A stretch of 64,000 bases of DNA from Eledone cirrhosa (Eukaryota). Within the stretch, counting starts at the first letter, position 1, and every line of letters begins with the position of its first letter. Location: assembly GCA_964016885.1 (NCBI GenBank), contig OZ024741.1, positions 147,250,001 through 147,314,000 on the forward strand. Reading direction: 5' to 3'. Positions 15,185-28,746 of the stretch are shown here, piece after piece. The position numbers and the translations under genes are program-made. The notes below the pieces were generated by a model, which was not told the DNA's origin, made no database searches, and saw only the letters and a list, made by a program, of their open reading frames with translations.

Positions 15185-17198
15185 TTCTTTGAGTCTCAGT
15201 CATTGATGTTATTTAACTGGAAAGTTTGTTGAAATGAATATCAAGCCGCTACCTGCAGCCTCAGATATTCAGGACGTATCGGAGGGTTCTTGCTGTTCCC
15301 AGCAAGCATGCCTTTTGAAGTGTTCCAAAAAGTGGGACTGCACTAATCTTCTTTAACCATCCTTGGAAACTCTTTGAGATAGTACCTAGTGCACCTATGA
15401 CAATCGGGACGACCTTGATTTCAGGGCAGTTCCAAATCCTTTTTAACTCCCACTTTTAATCCTGGTATCGGATAATTTTCTCCCTCTCCTTTTCTTGCAC
15501 TCTCACGTCAAATAGGCAGGCTACAATCATATCATGTCTCCAGCCTTTATAGTGAGTCTGGGCTAGGTGTTTACACTCGGATACAATGTGAGCCACAGTC
15601 TCCTTTCTCTCTCCGCACATCTACAATCAGGCACAATCTTTTTTCCTTGTCCAAAACCACCAGGTCAGGCCTATTGTTTTCCAGTTTCTTATCCGTATGT
15701 TTCCTAAAATCCCATAGCACCTTCACCTGATCGTTTTCTATCACCGACTCTGGCTTATGCTCATACCACTTCTCAGAATGTGGTAAATTGTTTACTTTGC
15801 ATAGATGCCAGTGGATCACTCTGCCAATCATATCATGTCTCCAGCCTTTATAGTGAGTCTGGGTTAGGTGTTTACACTCGGATACAATGTGAGCCACAGT
15901 CTCCTTTCTCTCTCCACACATCCTACACAGTGAGCTAGCCTCCTCCTTGTCAGTATGGTGTTTCACCCACTTCGTTCTGAGGGCTTGCTCTTGCACAGCC
16001 ATTAGCATTCTTTCTGTAGCTTTTTTAGGGTCTCCTCTTTTTAACCAGTTCCATGTCTGTCGATCTCTAAATTCAGTTTTCTTAAAGAAGGTGCTATGAA
16101 GGGATTTTTCATGAAGGTTGCTCTTCCTCCTTGTTGTTATTTCCTCCTTGGCCATCCCCTGGTCTATTTTCCTCTCCTTCAGTATTCTGAGCATTGGCTC
16201 CCTACTGTCAGTCACATATTTGTGCAGGTTTGTTTTTCTCCATCTGAACACAGTCCTCTATGCTGATAAGACCTCTTCCACCTTCAGATCTCTTTAAGTA
16301 GAGTCTATCGACATCACTCCTCTTGTAGAACATGTTGTAGATAGTCATTAGCTTCCTAGTCTTCCTATCCATTTCTTTTTGTTCAGCAACATTCCATTTC
16401 AGAATTCCCGCACTGTACCTAATAATAGACACAGCTCGGGAATTTACTGCACTTATGGCATTCCTACTGTTCACACGTGACTTTAATACGCTCCTTACTC
16501 TCCGAATGTATTCAGATCTTATGAATTCCTTCATTTTTTTGTTCTTGATGTCATCTGCCTCCAGAACACCTAAATATTTCTATCCCTCTTCAGTGTCAAT
16601 TTCCTTTATCATCTCCCCTGTTGGTACCTGGATTCCGTTGCTTCTGCTCAATTTACACTTCTTCATCACTAGGACTCCACACTTATTAATACCAAATTCC
16701 ATATATATATCATTGCTGAAAATATGAACAGTGTCAACAAGTACATCCAACTCCTTCTCACTCTTCCTAAAGAGTTTAAAATCGTCCATGGAGAGGAAGT
16801 GGTTGATGGTAAGCTCTCCTCTTCCCAACTTGTGTCCTGCTCTCACTTTTCGCAATATAACGGACAGGAGAATCAGGGCAAGGACAAACAGCAGAGGGGA
16901 CAAACTATCTACCTGGAAGATACCTCTCTTGATCTTCACGCCTCCCAAGGATTCTCCACCTGATGTTAACTCTGTTTCCCAGGACATCATACTTTTGCTC
17001 AACAACTGTCTGATGTTATCTGCCACCTTCAAGATCTCTAGGCTTTTGGTTATCCAAGAATGAAGTACCATGTCAAATGCTTTTTGTAATCTATCCATCC
17101 CATGGCAAGACCAGTGTGCCTCCGCTTGCAATTCTTCACTACCATCTTATCAATAAGTAACTGGTCTTTTGTACCACGGGATTTCTTTCGGCATCCTT
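15185..17198 (-). mobile_element. R4/Dong-clade non-LTR retrotransposon, 5'-truncated, disrupted (RT + CCHC + restriction-like endonuclease)
   Basis: [58 protein letters not shown]...RHD, NRPDLVV, LQKACLLGTARTLRYVLNI*. The 5' end abuts (TAA)n. Confidence 0.9.
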
Positions 17199-17425
17199 TT
17201 TATTATTATTATTATTATTGGTCTAAGCGGACGTATTTTGCTCGCTCCCAGTAAGTCGCTTTATTTGCCTGTTTAAATTATTTGTTGTTAAATATTTATT
17301 GTTGTATAAGGGATATAAGCCCATAGACTTTGCCCCTTGAAGGGCAGAGTATAATATTTGGGCCTTTTGGCCCAAATATTTGAACTTTTTTTACATGTTA
17401 AAAAATTTACGAAGAAAAAAAAAAC

Positions 17426-19366
17426 ATGGCTAAGCCACGCCCCCCAGCGATATGTCTGCTGTCGTACGACAACGACGTAGAAGTTGAGAGGAGCGCTACA
17501 GCGAAATTAACACACATTGATAACACAAACACCACCACAAACAAGGTAAACAAAGACACCAATGATACCAATAAGAACTCTAATTTGAAAAAGAATGACA
17601 GTAACAGCGACAACGAAAATACAGATAATAAAAAAAAAAAATAACAAATACAACAACAATATCAACACCACTAACATGAAAACAAATAGCGACAACACCA
17701 ACAGCAACAATACCAATTGCACCGAGAACAACGGTGGCAGCAAAGACAACAATGATAACAACGACAGTGCTAACAACAACACCAACAAGAACAACGTCAA
17801 CAACACCCCCAACGAAAACAAGACCACTTTCGCTGCGGCAGCAGCAAAAAAAAGGCCATGTTTCAACATGAACCTCTCAAACAAAGATGAAAAGTTGACC
17901 CAGGCATGGAAGCTCATCAAGCAAGAGCAAACTTGGGCGAACTTAACTGTCCCGGTAGAAGCTATTGAGGCAGTGGAGCGCAAAACGGTACATTATAGAT
18001 GCATCTCAGCACAGACCAAAAGAGCAGCGTTAATCCCACAAGAAGATATCGAAGTCGCGCTGAGGTGCATCAGAGAAGACACCCAGTACATAGAGAGGGG
18101 CAGACAGTACGGCACCATTTCGGTGTTGTTCAAGTCAGAAGCCCTCGCGATGAAACACGCCATGACTCCTTGCAAAACCAGCAAGGTCATAATGTAACCC
18201 TCCAGAATCCCACCAGGACTTGACATGTGGTGGCTTCTGGGATGTGTAATTGTGGAGGGGACGGATACAGTCCCTATAGAAGTTACCAGAATGGCCAGAG
18301 AGGACTGGTCCGGGGCTGACCTGGAGATACTTCTCCAGATCAGGCCCGAGAATGTGAAGACAATCCCAGACCACATCCGACTTCAGAATGGGACTGTCAT
18401 TCACATTATGACCGAAGGCAAAAGGCCGCAGTGTTTGGTTTGTGGGGAAAAAACCCATTTGCGAGCCTTCTGCCCTCAACTGCTGAAAGAGGCAAGGAGT
18501 CGAAATGCTCCACTACTGCCGACACCGGGGCGAGGACCACAACCAACACCGGCACCGGCAAAACCACCAACAACAACACCAATAGAAAGACCACCACCAA
18601 CATTGACCACCCAGGGGGGAAACGAGGAAAGCTGTCAAATTCCCCCTCTCCCCCAAAATACACACACCAATAAAACCTTAAACATACATACAGACACACT
18701 TACAGACACAGACCCCTCATCTACCAGTAGTGAAGATGAAGGAAATCCAAAATCCCCCAAAATACAAAAAAGGAAACACAAAAAGAAAAAAAAACTCAAC
18801 AAAGCACAAAAGCACCCACAATAAAAAAACGCAGACACCACCCGCGCAAACATCTCTCCAATAACATCAACATCAAAACCACCATCACCATCACCAGAAT
18901 CCCCCAAACGCAAACAACCGATACAGACGCAAGAACAAATATACACACAAACATCTGAAACCACAGACACCGCACTCACAACAAACACAGATACAACCGA
19001 AACAACACCACCAAAACCATCACCACCACAGTCACGCAAACAAATAAAATCGCACCAACAAAACATACAAAACTTCGTGCTCGTCAGGAGGGCCAACAAG
19101 GAACTGATGGCCCTCGTATACGAAGTGAAAATATACAAAAAGCGGGGGAAATTTTTAAATCGAGCACATTTCGCGTGCCGGAAGATTTGGTGCTGGTGCG
19201 AATGTCGCTCGACATATTCAAAGAAATACGAGACAGCTTTCCTCGGGACGTGGGAACCCCGAACGTAAAACCCACTTCAAGACTTTTAAAGGGGTTCCCA
19301 AAAGAAACCCCACTAACTATGGAGGTCGAACAACCCAACCTTCAAAAGAGCCCGGAAGGTAAGTAA
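17426..19366 (+). pseudogene. Tx1-A ORF1 (Asn-rich N-terminus, RRM-like region, CX2CX4HX4C knuckle, Pro/Thr-rich tail), with frameshifts and stops
   Basis: ORF pieces 17426-17644, 17595-18197, 18225-18824 (CLVCGEKTHLRAFC) and 19175-19366. Confidence 0.85.
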
Positions 19367-19399
19367 ACCTTCTTCTCTCTCTCTGTTTAACCTGCCAAC

Positions 19400-22300
19400 A
19401 TGGCCGTATTTAGAGTAAGATGTTTAAATGTTCTAGGCCTGGGATCGTCCTGGAAGCAGGGTCACCTGCTCAACGACCTCAGGTCTATAGAAATGGATGT
19501 AATTGCAGTCAGCGAGACCAGGATTTCCGACACGCGCGCACTAGCCCCCATTTTCGACGACTATCAGATCTTTGCATCTGTTAGCCGGCCGGGAATGGGA
19601 GGCGGGGTGGCAGTGCTGTTTAAGAAAGGCCTGGATCTCGAGGTAAGGTCCATCTTCCGGGATCCGGACGGGAAGTTGGTGGTCCTGGACGTGAACAATA
19701 ATGAAGGTGGTGCCTTTAGACTGGTGGCCGTCTATGCTCCTATGCAGGACGGCCGGACTTCTTTAGACGCCTGGAAGCCTTTCTGGGTACATCTCGCCCT
19801 TTACTGTTAGCGGGGGACTGCAACGGCATCTTAGACGCACGCTGGGACTGTGTGGGAGTATCCGATAGGAGCGGGGGGTGCAAAAGCCTCAAGAACCTGA
19901 TCAGCCAGTTCCAACTGTCTGACAGGTACCGACTAGATTTCCCTAGTGCGCCAGTGTGGACCTGGGCTAACCGCATAGGGTCATCTAGATCGTATATAGA
20001 CAGGGTATTCATTAGGGAAATAGACAGAAATAGTGTAAGCTGTCCACGTTTTGAAACGGTCGCCTATTCAGATCACAAGTTTGTGATCTGTATGGTCGAC
20101 CTAGATAATACGCGTAGGTTAGGACCTGGTTACTGGAAGCTAAACATGTCATTTCCGGCACGTAAGGCTTACAGGGACCAGGTCAACAATTTAGTTAAGA
20201 AAAAGTTGACAGGGTGAGTCGTCAACAATAGATGGTGGGGGGCTCTCAAAAGAGAGATTAGAGTAATGTCGATAGAGTTTAGCAAAGAAGTAGCATTAGA
20301 GAAAAATAGAAAGGAGGGGGAGTTGGTAGATAAGTTAGACGAGGCTATTGGTAGTGGCATGGCAACTGATGTGCTAGCGGCGAGAATGGCATTAGACCAT
20401 TTCTTCAATGCTAAACACGAAGGTTGCATTGTCAGAGCTAAGGCGCGTGCTCTGAGAAACGAGGGAACCAAAGCTGTTCGATGGGCCCGCGTGGCATAGG
20501 CGCAGCGTGGTAATAAAACCACGATTCGGTCTTTGACGGACCGAGACGGGCACGAGCTGAGCGAGTCCAAGAGGATGTGTGAGGCCTTTCGCCAACATTT
20601 TGCTCGGTTGCTCGGGGGAAGTGGCGGGTCAGAGATGGTGGCGGACTTCAGTCCCTACCTCGATGGCTTACCGCAACTCTCGACGGCTGACGCTGCGAAA
20701 GGCCAATTACTTCAGCCGAGATTCAGGATGCCCTTGTAGGCTGCATGAGGCGCAAGTCACCCGGTTTGGATGGTCTGCCCTACGAGCTTAACGTAAATAT
20801 GCCAGACTTGTTCTCCAATCTCCTCGAAGTCCTCTACTGCAACTGGCAGCAAAACGGGATTATTCCCAGTTCTGTGAACCGGGGCGTATTGACGCTCATA
20901 AGGAAAGACGAGAACAAGAGGGACACATTAGACAATTTCAGGTCCATAACTCTGCTCAACACAGAGTTTAAGATTTTTGCCAGGGTGTTAGCGAAGAGGT
21001 TGGCGCTTGTCGTCGGGGATTTGGTTGGGGAGGCGCAAACTTGCGCAATCCCAACCAGGTCCATACACGACAACCTCCACCTAATGCGATACATCATAGA
21101 GAGGGTAGGGTGTAAACTTGGCTTCGGTGGGGCTCTGATCAATTTAGATCAATCGAAAGCATTCGATAGGTCGACCATCGGTACCTGGAGGCTGTCCTCA
21201 AGGCGGCTGGCTTCGGCCCCGTCTTGAGAGGCTGGATCGCTGCAATGCACAGTGGCACCTGCTCGATGGTCAAAATTAATGGCCACCTCTCGGCACCGTT
21301 TCAGTCTCCCGATCGGTCCGTCAAGGGTGCCCTCTCTCCTCCCTTCTGTACGTATTGACTCTCGAGCCTTTACTGCGGAAGCTGGAGCTGTTGCAGGGCA
21401 TCCCGCTCGAACCGGGACGCGGAAAGGCTGTGTCGGCTCATGCGGACGACATCACCGTGATGGTGTCGGACACCTCAGAAATCGAGGTGGTCGGCAACTT
21501 ATTGGAGGAATATGAAACGTTGACGGGAGCAAAACTTAAACCGGAAAAGTCAGTAGGCTTGCAACTCGGCATCTGGAGAGGCAAGTCCATGCCGTCCAAC
21601 AGCGTCTTTAGGCGCTGGACGGACGGACCGGTAAAGTTGCTAGTGGTTTGGTTCGGGCCAGACCTCCAGGTGGATAAGAATTGGGACGAGGTGACGGGCA
21701 GGGTAGTCAGTCTCACGCAGAAATGGGCTGGAATGAAGCTATCACTGAAAGGTCGGGCGGAGGTGGCGAACGCGTACGTCGCGTCCGTCATCTACTACCG
21801 TCTGACTGTCGTCCCTTTCCCCCGTTCGCGCCTCGCCATCTAGGAGCAGCTCCTCTTCAAATTCTTGTGGAGGGGTCAGGTTCCGCTGACAGCACCCTCT
21901 ACGTGGAGGGCCGAGCATGCCGTGGCTAATGATGCGTAGGCACGCGCTGAGGCTGCGGCATCTCCAGATATTCTGCCTAAACGGTGAACAGGTGTGGTCG
22001 CCGTTTTTCAGACGGGCCTTTCCGCAGCTCGTATCTTTGACTGAGTTGCAGTCCTGGGTCAAGAAGAGACCAAGACTGGGTGACTGGCATCTGGAATGTT
22101 GCCAGGCACTCTCTGCCCTCTACCAGGCGGGCAATGCGGTCAATGGAACTTCCACTCTCGAGTTCTATAGAGGATTAGTGGTGGGCAAGTGCGACGACGC
22201 ACTCGGAGAGGCTCTGGGAGTCAACGAAGTCGAACTAACCAGTCTGTACCGGAGGACTTTCAAGCCGGGGACGATGGATAATTTCCAAAAATCCCTCGCT

Positions 22301-22789
22301 TGGCAGTGCTACCGGGGGGCACTGCCGGTTCGAGATAAACTCTACAGGCACGGAAGTGCTGTCAGACGGACCTGCCCGAGATGCGCGCAGAGCGACGAGA
22401 CCGTTCTGTACGCTCTTGTCCAGTGTCCGTGCATTACTGACTTGTGGAGTTATGTTGAACAGCTATTGTCGCGTGTAGAACGGATCCGGCTATCGGCCGA
22501 GTCCATAGTCAAGATCGACCCGCCGCCATCTTTTGGCCAGGAAGGGCAGGCAATTTTCCTCTGTCTGGTGGCAGTAGCCAAAGAGGTTGTATGGTGGACG
22601 AGGTTGAAAGGACTGAAGACAGACACTTTTCTCTTCGGCCAATCCCTAATCAACTTTTTCAAGTTTCACTTGGAAAGGAAGGTGAGGGTGGAGAGAGAAG
22701 TGCTGTCCCCCAGTACATTTGCTGAAAGGTGGGTGAATGTGTCGAGAATGGCCCGTGTGAGTGGGCCTACTCTGGTCATGCGGCTGTAG
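19400..22789 (+). pseudogene. Tx1-A ORF2 (APE endonuclease + reverse transcriptase + C-terminal zinc finger), disrupted
   Basis: SETR, VYAP, SYIDRV, YSDHK, GPGYWKLN, KSPGLDGLP, DQSKAFD, AHADD, CPRC...ETVLYALVQC. Several stops and frameshifts. Confidence 0.9.
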
Positions 22790-23296
22790 GTAGGTACATT
22801 TGAAGAGGAGAGGGGTGCCCTTCGAGGGTGCTCTCGAAGCGTCGGGTCATTCAGGACTGATGGGGTACCTGAGCGAACCCTAGGTGGTCATCCCCCCCCC
22901 CCTATCGGGGAATTTTTTCTTGTTGTAATTTTCTTGTTACTTTATTGTTACTTTGTTATTGTTACTTTGTTTATTCATATTGTTTACTCGATTTTTCTGT
23001 AAAACCCCACTGTCCCAGTCTTTTGTATTGTCCCCTATATGTCGGCCCTTGTGGCCAATAAATGAAATCATTATTATTATTATTATTGGCGACCTACGTA
23101 GTAAATCGTATCATCGTGAGCTCCGCAAAGGTTTGTTATTTCCGTTTGTTAAAAATTGCCATTTATGGAAAATTTTTATTGTTAACCATATATAAGCGCA
23201 CATACATTGTTTTCCGAAAAGGACACCCAAAAAGATTGGGGCCTTGTGCCCAAAATTTAAACCTTTATTATTATCAAAAAATTTCTTTGAAAAAAA

Positions 23297-25301
23297 ATGG
23301 CTAATTCACCTCTGCACCAAGCAGCTGAAAGCCTTCCTCACAAATTAACACCTCACACCGACACCACCATTGTAAATGTTACTACGTTTGCCAACACGAC
23401 AAAAAATATAAGCAGTAGCAATATTTTAAATTTGTCTCAGGCAGACATTCATTTCCCGCCATTACCAATGACTGCAGGTGTTAAAGCCTCCACCACCACC
23501 GCGACAACCACCACCACCACCGCAACGACAACCACCCCCACCACCACCGCGACAACAGAAACAAAAGAAGAAAAAAATAAATTAACTCGTGATGTCGAAA
23601 TGAAATCAAGCAAAATGGACTCTTCCCCACCAAAGACGACTGACGTCACCACCACCACAACTGAAACTAAAATTAATATTAACACAAATAACGATAGCAA
23701 CAACAAACACAATGACATTATAAAAACCACCCTCAGTTTCGCCAGAGTAGCAAAAGAGTTCGAAGCATTTACGGTAACTCAGGAGGATTTAGAAAATGCC
23801 AAACAAATGGTAAAGAAAGATGGGTACAGGGTCAGCCTCACCCCCCCACCTAATAAAATGGAGCATCGGCGCCTATGCACCGTGTCGTATCGAACAATAA
23901 ATGTAAAATAGCGCCGAGTGGAACGGGCATCCGAGTCCCAAATCCAAAAAGCTTTGGGACATGTGTGGGCAAAAAAAACTCACATCAGACGTGGGCAAAA
24001 GTATGGAACCGTGGACGTGTTCTTTGAAACACCAGAGGAGGCTAGAGAACACTCCATGGCCCCATTAAGAAGTGACGACTTCACACTCGTCCCTAGCTAT
24101 TGTGGCCAGAGACTCGTAAAGATCAGGGTGACCCACGTTCCACCGGCCATCGAAATTCCCTGGCTAATAGCGGCCGTACTCGCCGGCATCGAAGCCAACA
24201 CAAAAATAATAGCAATAGCAAAAGAAAAGCAGGAGAACTGGTCCGGATCTGGGATGGAGCTCCTGATCCAAGCGAACCAAAAAAAGCATTGAGGAGATCC
24301 CAGAGGTAATAGACCTCACTGACGGCAGCCACCTCACGGTAATGGTCGAGGGCAGAAGACCTAGGTGTGTCGTTTGTGGTGAAGGAACCCACCTAAGGGC
24401 TTTCTGCCCTCAGGCTAAAAGGTTGAGGTCACCTCTCCTACCCACCCCAGTGACACAACCATCAACACCACCAGTAGCAGAGATGGCAGCAACAACTGTA
24501 GCAGCAACAACAGAAGCAACTATAACAGCAACAACCCCAGCAACAGTAGCAAAACCAACACCACCACCAGCAAAACCAACACCACCACCACCCAACACTT
24601 CAGAACTAGCACCAGCGCCTACACCATCCACCACGCCACAACCAAAACTAACGCCTGTGGAGGATTTTCCACTCCCCGGCCTATCACAACTGGAGACAGA
24701 TTGTGACGACGAGGAGTGGGAAACGATATCCGGAAAAAAAAAAGAAACCAAAAAAGTAAAAATTCTCTTCCTTCCCCCTCCAAAAACAAAATACAGAGGG
24801 AAACAAATAAATTAAGAAACAAAAAAGTTAGGACAGATATACCACCATCCACACCAGCATCACCAACCCCATCAACCCAAACACCAACACTATCACCATC
24901 ATTAACCCCAACACCACCATCACCTACACTACAAAAGTCACCAAAATGCGAAACAGAAACAAACCCACAACAAACGCAAACAAAACAAAACAACCAAAAC
25001 GATACACACTACACAGCATTAAATTTGAACAACAAGCAATTATTACCCTACATCCAACACAACACCAGCATCACAGAAAAAGACTACACAACAACCCAAA
25101 AATTCACACCACCTCCACACATACAAATCACTCGCATCACACAGAAAGCGTACATGACACTAAAAAAAAAAATTCCCCAAAGACATCGGAGACTTCCGAC
25201 AAGCACTCTCCAGGAGGATTTATAAGGACATCCTTCCTGAGGAGGCCACAAGCAGTGAAAAGGATGGAAAAACCGTCCTTCCCCTACGAGAAGTAAGGTA
25301 A
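23297..25301 (+). pseudogene. Tx1-B ORF1 (Thr-rich N-terminus, CCHC knuckle, Pro/Thr-rich tail), disrupted
   Basis: Pieces 23297-23911, 23918-24292, 24342-24815 (CVVCGEGTHLRAFC) and 24716-25225. The C-terminal frame FPKDIG...LREVR* aligns with family A FPRDVG. Confidence 0.85.
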
Positions 25302-25335
25302 GTGGTCTTTCCCATCTTTTCCACTCCTTTTCAAC

Positions 25336-28300
25336 ATGACCTCACTCAGAATAGGCAGCATAAATGCGCGTGGCTTGGGGTCGTCATGGAAGCAGGGCCA
25401 CCTGCTCAACGACCTCAGGTCACTAAACATAGATGTAGTGGCCATCAGCGAGACCAGAATCTCCGAGGCACAGGCTTTCGCACCGATCTTCGGCGGCTAC
25501 GATGTGTACGCATCTCCCAGCCGTCCGGGATCGGGGGGAGGAGTTGCTGTGCTTTTTCGGAGAGGTTTGGATCTTGCCATACGGGCCATCTTCCTGGACC
25601 CAGAAGGTAAGTTGGTGGAGCTGGACGTGACCAGCGGAGACGGGCAAGCTTTCAGGTTAGTGGCCGTCTATGCCCCGACAGGAGCAGGGCGGCCTGATTT
25701 CTTCCGGCGTCTGGAGACCTTTCTTGGAACGTCCCTCTCTTTAGTGTTAGTGGGCGACTGGAACGGGATCTTAGATGCACGCTGGGATTGTGTGAGATTA
25801 GTGGATAGGGAAGGAGGGTGCAAGAGTCTCACCAACCTGCTCAGACGTTTTGAACTGTCTGACAGGTACCGAATGGATTTCCCGAATGTACCAATGTGGA
25901 CTTGGACAAATCGCATAGGGTCATCCAGATCATATCTAGATAGAGTATTTTGTAGGGAAATAGATAGGTCTAGCATAGGCTGTCCACAATTCAAGATAGT
26001 CAGCTACACGGACCACAAATTCGTGATCTGTGTGCTTGACTTAGATAGGCTTCATAGACGAGGACCCGGCTACTGGAAGCTAAACGCATCCTTACCAGCG
26101 CGCGAGGCCTACAGAGACCGGATTAGCGAACTAGTTAAGCGGGCGTTGACGGGGGCCATCGTCAACAACAAGTGGTGGTTTGCTCTGAAAAGAGCAATTA
26201 GAATAGAGTCCATTAGGTTTAGTAAGACTTTAGCAATAGAGAAAAATAGAGCAGAGGGAGAATTAGTTAGAAAATTGGATGAGGCGCTTAGCAAAGGCAT
26301 CGCGACCGACGTACTTGCGGCGAAATTGCCCCTTGACCAATTCTTCAATGCAAAGCACGAAGGCTGCGTTGTCAGAGCTAGGGTGCGTGCTCTCAGACAC
26401 GAGGGGACGAAAGCCGTTCAATGGGCCCGAGTGGCGGAGGCGCGTCGTGGCAACAAAGCCACGATCCGGTCTTTGGTGGACCACGACGGGCGCATGCTAC
26501 TCGATCCCGGGCAATGTGTGAAGCTTTTCAGCGACACTTCGCTCAACTGTTCGGGGGCAGTGGCGGGCCGGATCGAGGGATGGACTTTAGTGTCTACCTC
26601 GACGGACTGCCGCGGCTTTCGGCCACTGAGGCGGAGTGTTGCGAAAAGCCGATAACAACCGCTGAAGTACGGGGTGCAATGAGTAGTTGCACAAGGGGTA
26701 AATCGCCTGGTTTGGATGGTCTGCCCTATGAACTTTACGTACAAATGCCAAACTTGTTCGGAGGCCTCTTGGCGGACGTCTACTGCAACTGGCAACAGAA
26801 CGGGAGAATTCCCAGCTCTGTGAGCCGAGGAGCGGTGGCGCTGCTGAGAAAGGATCCGAACAAGGGGGATAACATAGATAATTTTAGGCCCATAACTCTG
26901 CTAAACACAGAGTTCAAGATTTTGGCCAAGGTGCTAGCAAAGAGGTTGGCGCTTGTCGTTAGTGGGAGAGGCACAGACATGCGCCATTCCCGACAGATCC
27001 ATCCACGACAACCTCCACCTCATGCGATACATCGTAGAGAGGGTAGCTAGGGAACCTGGCACGGGTGGGTCTTTGATCAATTTAGATCAGTCGAAAGCCT
27101 TCGATAGGGTCGACCATCGTTACCTAGCGGCAGTCCTGGGGGCGGCTGGCTTTGGGCCCGTCTTCAGAGGCTGGATCGCTGCCATTCACAGCGACATCTG
27201 CTCTGTAGTGAGAGTGAACGGTCACCTTTCGGAACCGTTCAACATCATGCGCTCGGTCCGCCAAGGATGTCCCCTCTCGTCCCTATTGTACGTATTGACT
27301 CTCGAGCCATTACTGCACAAACTGGAGACGTTGAGGGGGGTCCCGCGCGAACTAGGATGCGGAAGATCCGTGTCAGCATATGCCGACGATGTCACCGTAG
27401 TGGTGTCGAACGCCAAACACATCGAGGCGATCGGCACTACACTAAGAGAATACGAAACGGTGACAGGAGCAATGATCAACCAGGAAAAGTCAGTGGGCCT
27501 GCAGCTCGGCACCTGGAGAGGCAGGTCCATGCCGTCCAACAGCGTCGTCGGGCGCTGGACGGACGGACCGGTTAAATTGCTAGGGGTCTGGTTCGGTCCA
27601 GACCTCCAGACGGACAAAAACTGGGACGAGGTGACGAGCAGGGTGGCTTCTCTCACCCAGAAATGGGCCGAGAGGAAGCTATCCCTGAAAGGTCGAGCGG
27701 AGGTGGCGAATGCGTACATCGCATCCGTCATCTACTACCGCCTGACCGTTGTACCTTGTCCTAAGCCCCGCTTGACTGCGCTGGAGCGTTTGCTCTTTCG
27801 CTTCTTGTGGAAGGGACGCGCTCCGATGGTCAGGCGGTCCATCTGCTGTCAACACCCGCTACGTGGAGGGCTGGGCATGCCGTGGCTGATGATGCGCAGA
27901 CACGCGCTCAGGCTACGACATCTCCACCTCTTCCTCGACGGTGATCAGGTGTGGTCGCCGTTTGCTAGACACGTTTTTCCCCACCTCGTCTCCTTGACGG
28001 AGCTGCAGTCCTGGGTCAAGCGAAGACCGAGAGGGAGCGCTTGGAGACTGGAATGTCTTCAGGCGCTCACAGCCCTCGACCAATCGGGCAATGTGATCGG
28101 TGGAAACTCCACCTTGGCTTTCTATAGGAGATTAGTGGAGGGGAAGAGCGACGACGTACTTGGAGAAACTCTAGGCGTCGACGAAAATCAACTAGCCAAT
28201 CTCTTCGGAAGGACTTTCGGGTCGGGGCCTATGGACAACTTCCAGAAATCCCTGGCCTGGCAGTGCTACCGAGGAGCTTTGCCAGTTCGGGATAAACTCT

Positions 28301-28746
28301 ACAGGCATGGAGGTGCCGTAAGCCGGGCATGTCCGAGATGCGCGCAGGGCGACGAAACCGTCCTGCACGCACTCGTCCAGTGTCCGAGCATTGCTGACTT
28401 GTGGGTTTATGTCGAACACCTGCTGTCACGTGTAGGACGGATCCAGCTATCAGCTGAGTCCATCGTGAGGATTGCCCCGCCCCCTTCCTCTGGCCGGGAA
28501 GGGCAGGCAGTTTTTATCTGTCTGGTGGCCATGGCGAAAGAGATAGTATGGTGGACACGTTTGAAAGGGCTGAAGACGAGCACTTACCTCTTCGGTGATG
28601 CCCTGATTAACTTTTTCAAATTTCATTTGAAAAGGAAAATCAGGGTAGAGAGGGAAGTTCTCTCTTCCCAGCATTTTGTTGAAAGATGGGTGAGAGAAGC
28701 AAGTATGGCCCGAATGAATGGGCCTTCTCTGAGTATGTGTCTGTAA
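25336..28746 (+). pseudogene. Tx1-B ORF2 (APE + RT + zinc finger), two frameshifts (~26510, ~26955)
   Basis: SINARGL, SETR, GDWN, SYLDRV, YTDHK, DQSKAFD, RQGCPLS, AYADD, CPRC...HALVQC. Confidence 0.92.

Larger units (their letters stand above)
17220..23069 (+). mobile_element. Full-length Tx1-clade (L1 group) non-LTR retrotransposon, family A, inactivated
   Basis: 5' UTR, ORF1 with a CCHC knuckle, ORF2 APE-RT-CCHC, 3' UTR ending aataaatgaaatc+(ATT)n. (ATT)n on both sides. Confidence 0.92.
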
